A DNA stretch of 64,000 nt, from assembly GCF_009834535.1 (NCBI RefSeq), contig NC_045701.1:92380001-92444000 (forward strand). Reading direction: 5' to 3'. Source of the stretch: Camelus ferus (lineage: Eukaryota). The translations under genes were made by a program, and so were the position numbers. The notes under the pieces are model-generated. The model was not told where the DNA came from. It was given only the letters and a program-made list of their open reading frames with translations, and ran no database searches. This document shows positions 50,249 through 62,985 of this stretch, one piece after another. Within the stretch, counting starts at the first letter, position 1. The number at the start of each line of letters is the position of its first letter.

Positions 50249-52710
50249 ACCATACGCAACAAGAATATGTTTTTGTTCTGCCTTTATGCTGTAAAGTTAA
50301 ACCAGATCTTCAAAACTCTGTTGGACAAGAAAGTTCCGAATCCTCCTGACAGTGTGCATGTAACCCGGCGGTTCCTGAAGCTGGCAGGGCAACAGAGCCA
50401 CATGGGGAATTTTCCAGGCCAACCCAGACATACTGAATCATAAATTCTGTCAGTAGGGCCTGGGCCTTTATTTCTTAGACAACCTGACCTCATGACCTGC
50501 TATTTGGGGAGGACAGAACTCCCCCAGCCTCCTGCCTCGGCAGCCGCTGATGGGCGTGAATCACATCCACTCTGCTTCCTGTCCTTTCGTCCAACCCACA
50601 CGCCGCTTGAGCTGCTCCTGCCAGCTGTCCCCACAGGCAGAGGGTTCAGTGTGTCATCATTCCACATCCAGGGTTCACACAAAAACATTTTTGGAGAAAG
50701 ATATTTTTAACATCTTATTAACTTTAAAAATGCATGTAAAAGTGCTTTGTAGACAATAAAGTGCTTTACAAAGGTAATGTATTATTAGGCTTAAAAGGCA
50801 GGTGTGCATGCCATAAAATATAGGAACACCTTCGATGTGATGCTTCCAGCACAGTTATACCTCTAGACTAGCTCTACCTTCCTCTAACTACAAGCTCACA
50901 TAAAGGCTCCAAACACATTTTTAATTTTGGTTTTGGGTTTCAGTTTTGTTGATCTTGAAATGTAAACATTATCTCCATGTTAACAAGAAACAACTTCATC
51001 CTGGAAAAGACCACAGACCCATCACATCAAAACTCACTTTATTACATCATTGGAATCCTTTCCTTCATCATATACACCCATCTCCACCCTCAACACACAA
51101 AGCCTACTCAATATATTTGTTTCATCTTCCCTGAAGTTCAGGTCACAGGAACTCTGAGAACTCAAAAAGATCTTCAAAATTCTGTTGGACAAGTAAGTTC
51201 TGACTGCTCCTGACAGAGTTTGCATATAACCCGCAGGTTCCCAAACCTGGCAGGGCAACAGAGTCATGGGCAGTCTTCCAGGCCCACCCTAGACTTGCTG
51301 AATCAGAAGTTCTGCCAGTGGGGCCTGGGCCTTTATTTCTTAAGACTTTCTGAAGCACACGGGACCGGCAGAAGCCCACAGAGGCTCTGGATGTGGAGTG
51401 GACAAGTGCATCAGCAGGCAGGAAGAAGAAGAGAATCTATGGAATGATCTTTAGAAACTGGAGGGTAAGGAAGAAGAATCCACAATTGTGACATTAGGAA
51501 CAGTTCTCCCTGAGTGGCACAAGGATGAGGACACTGGAACCAAACAGAAGAAAATGTAGTCTAGTATACCCTTAGCTCTGCAGCGGATAATACCTGCAAA
51601 GTCTGAAATAACAAACACTACGAGATGATTTTCAGCTTGATGACCAATCTGTAAACAAAGCATGAAAAGCTTAAGCACACTCAGAGGAAAGCACACAAGC
51701 CCTATCAGCACCGGGACGTGGAAGCACAGCTGAACGAGCTGGAAGTCAGGAGGGAAGGGCAGATGGAGAAAAAGGGAGGGGTGCTGACAGCCTCATCTTA
51801 GGAGGAGGGAGGGCTAGGGATATGGTTTAAAGTTGACTGTACAAAGAAATAGAGATTTAAGTATATCATTTAAAGTCAAAATGGTAGCCAATAAAAGAAA
51901 TAAAATCACAGATCAGTGATATTAAGTTGGAAAGTACAGTGGCAAAGCAACCTGCTCAAATTTAGCTAGTTACAAAATTCTGAAGCCAGTGTCTGAATAT
52001 GGGCCTCTATGCTCCAGATCCTTTTGTTTTTTTTCCCCCAAACTGGTATATGGCTGTGCCAAGCACTGTCCTCAGAAGTAACTTGGCCAAGGCTACATGC
52101 CTAGTTAGTGGCAGAGCCAGAAAAAGAAACTAATTCTCTAGCTTTAAAATTATTCTGAAAAGTTATTACTAAAATTTCCAAAATAGACCACAATGAAAAT
52201 TTCTCTCCTTCTTCACTCTTCTCTCATTCACTCATTCTCATTCATTTGTGTTCATTCTTTTCACATGCACCAACATTTCTTAAAACGGACCCTGCACTCA
52301 AACTTCCTCACCTATTATCAGTGTTAGGCCTCCTCTCTGACTCTACACCACGTGATAAAGGAAGTTCTCTCCCCTGGAGACAGCTATGAAGACTTCAACC
52401 CACCAGCCACCATGTCTTTCAAAACCTGACAGAAGGACCAAGACATCAACACTGAAGATCCGAAGCAAGTCTGCCTGCTCATCTCTGCTTCCTGGGGACA
52501 GGTCACTGTCACCAGCACAGAGTACGCAGGTGCTGCTGCAGGACACGCCATGGGCGGCAACACATAAAGGGCATGGAAGGCCCTGCTGTGCGTGAGACCA
52601 CCCAGTGCATCAGCCACAGTGCGTACTGGTAAAACCGCTACCGCTCAGTGACTGCCCCTTTATAATTTCATAAAAAGGTTTGAAATATTCAACAGAAATG
52701 ACAACTTCTC

Positions 52711-53119
52711 TGGTGAAAATAAAAGAAAACCTCACTAAAATGGAGGCCACAGTGGGGAGCTCTCACACACACACACCACCAGACACTGGTGCAGATCCCA
52801 AGAGAAAGAGACATACTTTGCATCTCCAGCAGGAAGTAACGCTGCCTTACTGCCAGAGGAAGAACCATTTCCTCCTTGCTGGGCAGCAACTCAGCCAATG
52901 AAAAGCCACCACACATCAGACTCCCAGTTTCCTCCAATGGACTTTTCATTTACAACAGCCCCTCTTAACTTTCTTCTCCTCTATAAAAGAGTTTCTTCTT
53001 GTGTTTGTGGAGTTGCATGTGGCTGGCCATAGCTACATATCCTGAATTGCAATTCTTTGCTGTTCCCAAATAAACCTGTTTTACTGGTAAAATAATTGGT
53101 TGTTTTTTTCAGATTAACA
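52711..53119 (+). mobile_element. ERV1-like solo LTR
   Basis: TG...CA ends; CCAAT ~52894 and ~52934, TATAAAA 52982, AATAAA 53069; no clear target-site duplication. Confidence 0.65.
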
Positions 53120-53217
53120 CCATCCAAAAAATATTTCTTTAGAAGTAAATTATAACCCAAACTCATTAGTACCCATAAAAAAATTTTTTAATTTCAATTT
53201 AATTCACTATTACTTAC

Positions 53218-53294
53218 CCCATTTTCAGTGCGTTTTTCTCCAGGTACATTTATTACATTTCTCTGAGTTCTTTGCTCTTGGGTCTGACGGCCAC
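53218..53294 (-). CDS. PPP1R13B: PPP1R13B exon 4 ([25 protein letters not shown])
   Basis: ctctag acceptor, GTAAGT donor; 77 nt; matches recalled human ASPP1. Confidence 0.95.
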
Positions 53295-54679
53295 CTAGAG
53301 AAAAGAGGGGGCCAAACTTACTAAAAGACATACTAGAAAAACAATATCCTATCATTTCTTAACTTATTTAAATATTTATTGAATACAAGTATAAAATATT
53401 AGGCTGAACAACTCAAAAATTAGTATAGCTGAAAAAATGTTTTACAATCAATCTGTATATATAAAGTTGTTTAAATGCAATTTTTTTCTTCTAATATTCT
53501 ACTTCAGAATCTTGAAATTGATTTATATCAAAGAAGTTTCTAATACTAAAAATGGTCACAATGGTAAATATTATGTTATGTGTATTTAACCACATTTAAT
53601 TTTTATTGAAAGTTAAAGTTTTTATATTTTGGAAGAGACTAAAATAGAACTTATAATATCGAGTAATGAAGAAAACTGAGGCACAAAACTGATCTTCAGT
53701 AATAGGGTTAAAACTGAGATGGGACACCATCTCAAGTTGGGCAGTCTTCTGAATTCTCCTTTGTTCTACACAATTTTTTCTTTTAAATTTTAAGGGCTTC
53801 AAATTTAAAGTGGAAAAATTCCCCTTATGTCCTGTCATATTTTCTAAACAAAAGTGTGCTGCACAATTCTGTGCCAGGTGAATCTGAAGTCATTCAAGTT
53901 ACTGTCTGTGATGTGCCGAATGCCTGCTCCTGTCTCACACCTCTCTCCAGCTTTTACTCGATGCTGTTATGAGAATTATCACACCCTGAGCCTGCTTTAC
54001 CACCCAGAATACATAATCTCAAAGGATCATGAAGCCAATGTTTAAAAATTTTTTTTCTTCCATTTCTTCCCTATTACTTTGAAAAATTTGAAGAACAATT
54101 ACATTATAGAAGTACTGCTTCACCTTAAACCATGCATTCTCAAAGAGAGTGAGATTACCCTCAAGGGGGCAAAGACTGACTGTTGGGAGAATTTAAAAAT
54201 CTTATTCTTTTTATGTATAAAGCAAAGCTACTGACTATATAAACAGATATCGAGTCCATCTGATGGGGGGCAGACAGGGGCAAGTAAGAAGAGAATACTC
54301 AAAAAAGGGTCCTAGAGGAGGGGGCGGCGATAATGAAAAAAAGAGATTAAACAAAAGAGAGTGACACAGCATGCAACTGAACACAGTCGTGTAACATACA
54401 ACAGCCGTTCCATGAAAGCTACCTTCTGAGCAGAAATCACGCACACACACCCCCATCAGTTTACAGGGTAAATTCAATTCTTAGTTACTGTATTTTTAAG
54501 AGATAAGGTACTCGAGTTAATTTAATATTCTATAATTGCTGCTTCTTCCAAACAACAAACTATCAAGAAATTAGACTACTACCAAACACGCCACACTGGA
54601 ATTATACCAAGTGCCATTTAATCTTTGAGGCGAAAGAAACTTGGTAATTTTGCATTCTGGAGTTAAACAGTCGCAAGAG

Positions 54680-54850
54680 CTGACATTCATTGAGCACCTG
54701 TGGTGACCAAGGCCCTCTGAGCACTTCGCGAGGACACCTCACACCCTGCAGACAAGGAAATGGGTGCATAGGGACGTGAAGTCACTTGCCCGAGGTCCTC
54801 ACTGAGGAAGCAGCATGGCCAGTGCCCAACCCAAGCGGCCTCGCCCCAAG
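54680..54850 (-). mobile_element. MIR remnant
   Basis: cattcattgagcacc...gtgaagtcacttgcccgaggtc. Confidence 0.55.
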
Positions 54851-56489
54851 CTCCATCACACCAGGTCCGGGATTCTGGTCTCTTCTCTGCACGTGACTTT
54901 TATCGAGTTACTGCACTCTGAGCTTCCGTTTCCCCAGGTTTACACCTTACAGGCACTGAAGTAAGTGTCCTCTGTGAGCTCCTCTAGCTTCCAAAGGGAG
55001 AATTCTGACTCTGAGGTGGGGCAGGTTATATCCGAAGCTCTATAGACAGAAACACTCAAGTGTCATCCCTTTTAAATAATATGTATCGGTGACAACTGCC
55101 TTGACCTCAGCTCTGTGGGGAGCAGAGAGGAAACACAAATTTTGGATCTTTAACTCCGGCTGCTCAGAATAGCCATGGGAGGAGGTCAGGGAACAAAGCA
55201 CCCATGGGAGCCAGCCTATCTGCCCCTCTTCCCTCGAGCTCTGAGTGGGAGAACGTGCCCAGCACAGGCAGAGGGGAGAGCACCACAGCTGGAGGAAGAC
55301 AGGGCGTGAGAGGGAGCAGACGTGCAAGAAAGAGTGTGGTGGAAGAGAGAAAGACAAGCCAGCGATGTTGAAGAGATGGGTAGGGTCCTGTTACAAGCAC
55401 CTCCAAAGCTGAGTGAGGGAGGAGCGTTAAATAGGGAAACAGGGACTTCGCTGAGAAGTGATAAAAGTCAGTGTGATGAATCGGGTTCTTCCAAGCCCAA
55501 CCAACCCTCGGTACCAGCCCAGGTCAGAAAAGAGTATCCTGCCACCACCCGCCTCCCTCATCCTGATCCCCTGTCTAGAAGGCGGCGGCTCTGTATCCCC
55601 TTCAAGTCCTACTGGCTCTTCAAGGCCCGCCTCAAGCCCCATCTCCCTGGGAGGCTGTCTCCCTCCCACCACCAGCTCACCGTGCTGCCCTTCCGCTCAC
55701 CTCGTGCGTACCTGCTGCATCAGCACAACCAGGCTGAGCAGCGGCGCAAGACGATGGAGGTCAACTGGAATGGAAGGGCAGTGTGGTCCCCTCCCTGAGG
55801 GCTCTAGACAGTTCCCTCAAGTATCCCTAACACCTCAAAACTTCGTAAAGTGAGAATCAAATAAGACCTCCCCCCTCCCCTGGACCACCCTGGGACATTA
55901 AGGGTTCTGTACACATATTATGTTGATAAAAGTAAAATATAAAGCTTTAAATTGAAGTATAGCCAGGTAAGGGAAGGTATAAATATTTGGAGAGCTCAAG
56001 CAGAGATTTAAAGTAAATTCCCAGCACTAGAACAGCACTTTAGCTGCCAGCTAGTCTAACCCTCCTTCTCGGGAGGAGTTTGTCCAAAGAGGGAGGACCC
56101 TCGTCTAAGGTAGAAGTGGACGAAGAGCTAGACCCGGAGCCTTAGTCTCTTGACTCCAGATGACCAGCAGCCAGTGGAATGAAAACCCTGGAGTGGTGGT
56201 GGGCCGTAACAGTATGCACAGCTCTGGGGAGATGATTTTAAAATAGACAGTAGCTCATCCGAGAGACACAATGTCCTCTAACAATACAAATAAAGAGGGG
56301 TAACCTGCAATAAAGGAATCTTCTTTTTACAAAAAGACATCCTTTTATTGTTTATCTTTTAAATACCAGAAGCAATTCACAATCGCCATTCAATAAAAAG
56401 TTAGAGTCTCTTTCTTAACCGTTCAGGAAAAAGATCCCCTTACCCCTTACTGCGTTTAAGTTCTAATTCAAAAACAGGCAACAGATTCC

Positions 56490-57360
56490 CATGGTTTAAA
56501 ATTCAAAAGGACAAAAAGGTATAAATTAAAATATTTTCTTCCCTCCTCCTGCTACCCAGCAGCCTTCCCCCAGGCTAGCAGTGTTACCAGTTTCTTACTT
56601 ATCCTTCCAAAGATACTTTACACACAATACACGCACAAGCCAATACACACACACGTGATGACTCGTTCACCTGTTACACAGAAGGCAGCATGCGTCTACA
56701 CTGTTCTGCGCTGTGCGTGTTCAGGTAGCAAGTCCAGGAGATGGCCTGGGACAGGGCACGCAGCAGGACACTGCATGGATGTATGCCGGTCTCTTCGGCC
56801 CAACGCCCCTGGAGGCATTCAGGGTTGCTCCTACCAGCAGGGCTCCAGGAGTAGCACTGCGTCTATTGTGCGTGTGCAGGCACAGCTTTGGGATAAGGTC
56901 TCGGAAGTGAGACTGCCGGGTGAGGCTGTGTGCTTTTTCAGGCTTCGTGGGTATTGCCAAACTGCCCTCCACAGAAGCTGCCGGCTGACACTCCCACGGC
57001 GACGTGGGGGGACGCCTGTTTCTCGCCGTCCCTGCCAGTGCTGTGTTATTAAGCGCTCTAATCTTTGCCAGTGTGACAGGTGAAAGACAGAGACTCAGTG
57101 TTCGCCCTGCATTTCTTATTAGGAGTGAGGCTGAACATCTTTTCATGTATCTCTGGGCCGCGTATATTCCCTCTTCTGTGAACTACATGTCTGTATATTT
57201 TGCCCATTTTCTTTACTGGGTTTTTTTCTTATCAGTTTTAGGAACTCATAGAGTATGTAAAGAAAATTAGCCCTTTGCTATATGAGCTCTAAATGCTGTT
57301 TCCCAGTTTATAATTTGTCTTTTGACTTTGCTTTAGGGTGGTTAACGCCTTGCAGAGAGT
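56490..57360 (-). mobile_element. Old L1 remnant
   Basis: gtattgccaaactgccctcc...gaggctgaacatcttttcatgtatc...ttttgactttg. Confidence 0.7.
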
Positions 57361-57785
57361 TTTCCTGTCTCTTATTTGTTTAACTATTCAGTTTTCTTTC
57401 TTACCATGGTTTAGAGCTACACTTAGAAAGGTCTTGTTCTCTCTCTCTCCACACGTACATGTCCCAGAATTTTCATAATCCTTTCGTGGCTTTATATATT
57501 CTTAAAATCTACATACTTCATTCATGAGGTATTTATCAAAAACAATCCCTCCCAACAGCAAGGATTATCTGACTTAGGGTCCCGAGGAGCAGGCAAGGGC
57601 TGGGTGCTCAGAGTGTGAAATAATCATAAGCTGCAGTAACAGAGGTCAAAACGGCGAGACACCAGCTCTCCCTCTCACCACGGTGTGAGTGAAGGGGGAG
57701 GAAATAATTCTATATTTATTCCTACTTTTGTTAAATTAACTTTTATAGTAAAAATTGGCAAATGGAGGGAAAAGCACTTGTCTAC

Positions 57786-57905
57786 CTTGCTCACTGCTCT
57801 CCATTGGGGAATCTTCATGTCGAAGAAAAAATTTCACTTCTTCCCTTCGTGGCCCCCACTTCTGAAGATGTTCATACATCATATAATCAAAGGGTATTGG
57901 ACGCT
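57786..57905 (-). CDS. PPP1R13B: PPP1R13B exon 3 ([40 protein letters not shown])
   Basis: gtcctag acceptor, GTAGA donor; 120 nt; ubiquitin-like N-terminal domain. Confidence 0.95.
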
Positions 57906-58314
57906 CTAGGACAAAACAAATTAAAAAATCTTACTTTCCCCAGAAACAAACTAAATGACTCCTAGCAAAAGTAAAAAAAAAATACAAATAATTTTAAATA
58001 AATGCACACATATACATTAGAATTCAAGGATATTACAAGCACTAAATTTTAACTTTACTGAAGTAAAAACAGGAGTATGAATGGGAAATAATTTACCTAA
58101 CACAAAGAAGTAAACATAAAAGCAATTTTGCAACATTTTGAAAAAAATGCCCTTTATTGTATTTATCATGAAGCAGTGTTCCTCCCACTCTTTCAAAGAA
58201 ACACACTAACAAACTGGCCGAACCTTGTCATTCACTAGAATGTTACACATGGCAATCAGATATACAAAGGACTGACAATGCACTTCTGGCCAGTTCAGCG
58301 AGCTGACACAGACA

Positions 58315-58735
58315 CCTGTACATGAATATTCATAGCAGCATTATTCACAGTAGCCCCAAAGTGGAAACAACACAAATATCTATTAACTGATGAATGGATA
58401 AGTGTGGTATATCATACAATGAATATTATTCAGCTAAAAAAAATAGAATTAAGTACTGATGCATGCTGTATTATGGATGAATCTTAAAAACACACTAAGT
58501 GAAAGAAGCCAGGTACAAACAGTCACGTTGTATGACTCCATTTTTACGAGGGACCCAGACCAGTCAAATACGCGGAGCCAGAAAGTAGTCCAGTGGTTGC
58601 CATGGGCTGGGAAGGAAGAAATGGGGAGCTACAGAGTTTGGAGATGGTTGCACAACACTGAGAATGTCCTAAAACCACGGAATTTTCTCTCAATCAAAGG
58701 GGAAAGAAAAAAGAAAAAAAAAAGGAAATCTTGAA
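58315..58735 (+). mobile_element. L1 3' remnant
   Basis: gaatattcatagcagcattattcac...gagatggttgcacaacactgagaatg. Confidence 0.75.
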
Positions 58736-58882
58736 ATGTTCCCAAGGCCACTTATGTTTGAAAGTGAGAAAGGATATCAGCAAGTCCCAAAGCTTATAGA
58801 AAACAACCTGACTGGGAAAATCGCCGGACAAAACTGAACAGTATTTTTCCTTTTAACACAATTGTTTTTAAAAATGTGTAAA

Positions 58883-58991
58883 TAAAAAAAATATGAAAAT
58901 GAATGTATGTGTACATATGCATGACTGAAACTCCATGCTGTACACCAGAAATTGACACAGCATTGTAAACTGACTATACTTCAATTTTTTA
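58883..58991 (+). mobile_element. Short 5'-truncated L1 3' end with a 13-bp target-site duplication
   Basis: aaaaatgtgtaaa at 58870-58882 and 58992-59004; interior ...gctgtacaccagaaattgacacagcattgtaaactgactatacttcaat. Confidence 0.75.
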
Positions 58992-59647
58992 AAAAATGTG
59001 TAAACACAAGTGTATGAGGGGGTGTGAGAGACTTTTCCTGCTCAGTTTGAGAACTTGACATTGAGTCAAGAGAAAGAACTTTTCGAGCTGCAGCCCAATC
59101 ATACATTCAAGGTGTGATTTATTGCTCTGCCCTAGATAAGTTCCAGGCTTCAACAAAGAAAATCCCACCATTCACAGAAATGCAACACACACAGTACTGC
59201 TGCCATTTCATCTTCCCACATGTGCAGGCAAGCTCTGTCTCACCCAACGCACATCAAGGCAAGGACATAAAGCATCTCATCTCAGTCGAAAATGAAATCT
59301 GTGTGTGCTTAGTTTAACTTAGAACTGACTATTTTACAGCTAAAAACAAGCACAAATTCAACACTAAAGAAGTAAAAGTCATTCCATATTTTTAGTTTTG
59401 AAAGTAGCACTTTTTATGGATACATTCCTATAAAAAATTCTTTTAAAATGTGTATTGTAATTTTATAGCTGTGAGGCCCCTGTTTAAGCCTAATCATGTC
59501 CCTCAGTTTTGCAAAAAGTTATCTCTTAGGCCATATTTTTATCTATATTGCCTTAGTTTATGGTGTTAGTAGCTTTAGTGTTAAGTCACTTTACTAATCA
59601 ACACTGTCAATAAATTTTCATTTTTTTTACATTAACTAAAATTTACA

Positions 59648-59787
59648 GGGGGAGGGTACAGCTCAAGTGGTAGAGCGCATGTTTAGCATGCACAAGGTCC
59701 GTGTTCAATGCCCAGTACCTCCTCCAAACAGAAATAAATAAATAAACCTAATTACCTCCCCCTCATAAAGCAAAAAAAAAAAAAAAA
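59648..59787 (+). mobile_element. Young tRNA-Ala-derived camelid-type SINE with poly(A) tail and TSD
   Basis: gggggagggtacagctcaagtggtagagcgcatgtttagcatgcac...A16; aaaatttaca at 59638-59647 and 59784-59793. Confidence 0.88.
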
Positions 59788-59974
59788 TTTACAAATTTTT
59801 ACATTAAATAAAATCAATTTACAACCATTATTTAAATCTACCAAATCTGACCATAACTTTATAAAAATTAAATCCCATTTTGCCTTAAGCCAGTTATTTA
59901 GAAGAAATTTATACAACTAAAAAATCTTTTAAGAAAAGATTAACTTCAAGAAAATCAAGCTAAGCAAGTCCTTA

Positions 59975-60675
59975 AAAAACTAAAAACAGAGTTACCATAT
60001 GATCCAGCAATCCCACTCCTGGGCATACACTCTGAAAAGATGAAGACTCTAATTCAAAAAGATACATGCACTCCAATATTCACAGCAGCACTATTTACAA
60101 CAGCCAAGACATGTAAGCAACCTAAATGTCCATCGACAGACGACTGGATAAAGAAGATGTGGTATGTATATATACAATGGAATACTAGCCAGCCATAAAA
60201 AAGTGAAATAATGCCATTTGCAGCAACATGGATGGACATAGAGATTATCATATTAAATGAAGTCAGACAAAGAAAGACAAGTATCATATGATATCACTTA
60301 TATATGGAATCTAAAAAAAAAAAAAGGTACAAATGAACTTACAAAAAAGAAACAGACTCACAGACGTAGAAAACAAACTTATGGTTACCAAATGAGAAAG
60401 GGTAGGGGGGAATGGAGAGCTAAATTAGGGGTTTGGGATTAACATGTAAACACTACCAAATATACAACAGATAAACAACAAGGACCTACTGTACAGCACA
60501 GGGAACTGTATTCAATATCTTGTAATAACCTATAATGGAAAAGAATCTAAAAAAGAATACATACATGTGTATGTATGCATGTGCATCTATATATCTATAT
60601 ATCTGAACCACTTTGCTGTACACCTGAAATTAACACAACACTATAAAACAACTATGCTTCAATTTTTAAAAAAAA
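59975..60675 (+). mobile_element. L1 (L1MA-like) 3' end
   Basis: Well-preserved ccatatgatccagcaatcccactcctgggcata...gcagcaacatggatggac...cactttgctgtacacctgaaa. Confidence 0.88.
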
Positions 60676-60979
60676 GCAAGGTAAGCTTCACTACTGTTTT
60701 TAAATAAGAAAGGTTAACAAAAACGTTATTTGTTTTAAAGTGGAAACAAAACTATCCTACACACATCATGTACTATACATATAACTCCTTATATAAGGGA
60801 GACATCTACGGTAAGACTTTCAGGCGTTCTTGGATAAGGTGGAAAGAAAATCAAGCAGAAATTCACAAAAGGAAAAACTGAAGGTCCTACCTACACTCCT
60901 GATTTGCATTAGAGCTGACACCCTGTGTGAGAAATGGAAACAAAAGGAGTGGGGAAATAAACTAGCCAAATTAACAGAC

Positions 60980-61368
60980 TGTTATGAACTGGGCTGTGTG
61001 TGATCCGCCCCCTCAACTGCCCCCCCCCCATATAAATTCATATGTTGAAGTCCTAACCCCTAGTACCTCAGAATGGGTCCTTATTTGGAGATACAATCTT
61101 TAAAGAGGTAGTGAGTTAAAACAAGGTCCTCATGGAGGGCCCTAATCCAGTGTGGCTGATGTCCTTATAAGAAGAGGGATGACACGTGAGGACACAGGGA
61201 GGGGACAGCCATCTGTAAGCCAAGGAGAGAGGCTTCAGGAGAAACCAACCTTGCTGACACCCTGATCTCTGGAGCTCCAGCCTCCAGAACTGTGAAAAGA
61301 TGCATTTCTCTTGTTTAAGCTGCTCAGTCTGGGATACTTTGTTACGGCAGCCTGAGTGAACTAATACA
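60980..61368 (+). mobile_element. MLT1A/B solo LTR with a 5-bp TSD (CAGAC/CAGAT)
   Basis: tgttatgaactg...gtgaactaataca; flanks 60975-60979 and 61369-61373. Confidence 0.85.
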
Positions 61369-61754
61369 CAGATCCACAAAGAAATACACTTCTCAAAGGC
61401 ACTGACAATTATACTGCAGTACTGTGTTTATGACATATTGATCAGAGGAATGTACCATGAGTTACAGATGCAATCATTTTTATGCAAAGAGTTCTCTGAA
61501 ACCTGAAAATTACTAACAGTTCTTCTAGGATAAAAAGATTGAGAAAGGCTGTACTTTTCCCCCTTCCTTTCAGTCCATCCACCATCCCCGCTTTGCTGCT
61601 CCATTTTGCTCACTGATTAAAGAGTTTACTCAGGACTCAGTATGAGCACAAGGCTGGGCGCTGGGAATATGATGGTGAACAAACAAGTCTCTGCCTTCAG
61701 GAATTTCAGTCCAATCAGACAGACATGAAAGCTACTCTATTGTTTTCTTTGCTT

Positions 61755-61824
61755 ATTTTTTTCATTCAAATATAGCTGATTTACAATGCTGTGTTAGTTT
61801 CAGGTGTATAGCAAAGTGATTCAG

Positions 61825-61864
<40 letters not shown>

Positions 61865-62010
61865 TCTTTTTCAGATTCTTTTCCATTACAGATTATTACA
61901 AGACACTGAATAGAGTTCCCTGTGCAGTAGGTCCTTATTATTTATCTATTTTACATACAGTAATGTGTATCTGCTAATCCAAAACTCCTAGTCTATCCCT
62001 TCTCCCCCAG
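61755..62010 (-). mobile_element. L1 3' end remnant containing an (AC)18 microsatellite (61827-61862)
   Basis: tatagctgatttacaatgctgtgttagtttcaggtgtatagcaaagtgattcag followed by the AC run. Confidence 0.8.
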
Positions 62011-62659
62011 AAAGCTACTATACATTTTGAGAAAAACAATGATAGTATTGGAGCAAATCTCAAAGGGACACCCTTTGAGATTCAAAGAAGGAATGATAGG
62101 CAAAGAGTGAACAGAAGCTAACCAAGAAAGGTAGGTGGGTGCTAGGATGGCTCCAGACAATGCACAGAAACCATAACAAACACAGTACACTGTGACTCTC
62201 TGTGCTCTGAGGAGGCTGTTCTCATTCCTGATGAGATAAAGCCATAGGTTATGATGTCCAATGGGCTTGGATACAAGGACAGTACTGAGTGACTCACATT
62301 TCAAGTGGCCCGGGACAATCTAGGGCTACGAAACTCATGCAAAAATATCATTCCCCCTCCCCTGACTAATATAAGAGGCAGAGAAGGAATCAGAAGTGAC
62401 AACAAGGAACAAAGGGCAAGAGCGCTAAGAGGCTGGCAAGGACAGACCATGATGCAAGGATCAGGCTCGAACATTAAGCCCCTGAAAAACTACCATTACT
62501 TACCTGACCCCCTCCCATTTCTTCTCAGACTGATAACTGAGGACCTGCCCTCTTAATTCTAGTTTAGTAACAGTCTAACATTTATCAAAATCAAGTTTCT
62601 CTCAACATGTCCTTAAAGTCGTTACTCTGACTTCTAAGGATAATATTAAAAGCATAAGA

Positions 62660-62985
62660 CTTTGGAAGAAAATATTTGCAAATCACATACCAGGTAAAGG
62701 GCTTGTGTCTAGAACATATCAAGAACTTTTGTTGGGGGGTGTAATGTACAGCATGGTGACTATAGTTAATAATACTGTATTGCGTATTGTTAAGAGAGCA
62801 AATCTTAAAAGTTCTCATCGCAAGAAAAAAACATTTTGTAACTGTGTATGGCAATGGATGTTAACCAGACTTATCGTGGTGATCGTTTCACAGTAAATAC
62901 AAATATCAAATCATTACGTGGTAGACCTGAAACTAATTTAATGTCGTATGTCAATTATACCTCAATTAAAGAATCAAAAAAAAAA
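62660..62985 (+). mobile_element. L1 remnants (3' end with A tail)
   Basis: aatgtacagcatggtgactatagttaataatactgtattg...caattatacctcaattaaag followed by A11. Confidence 0.8.
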
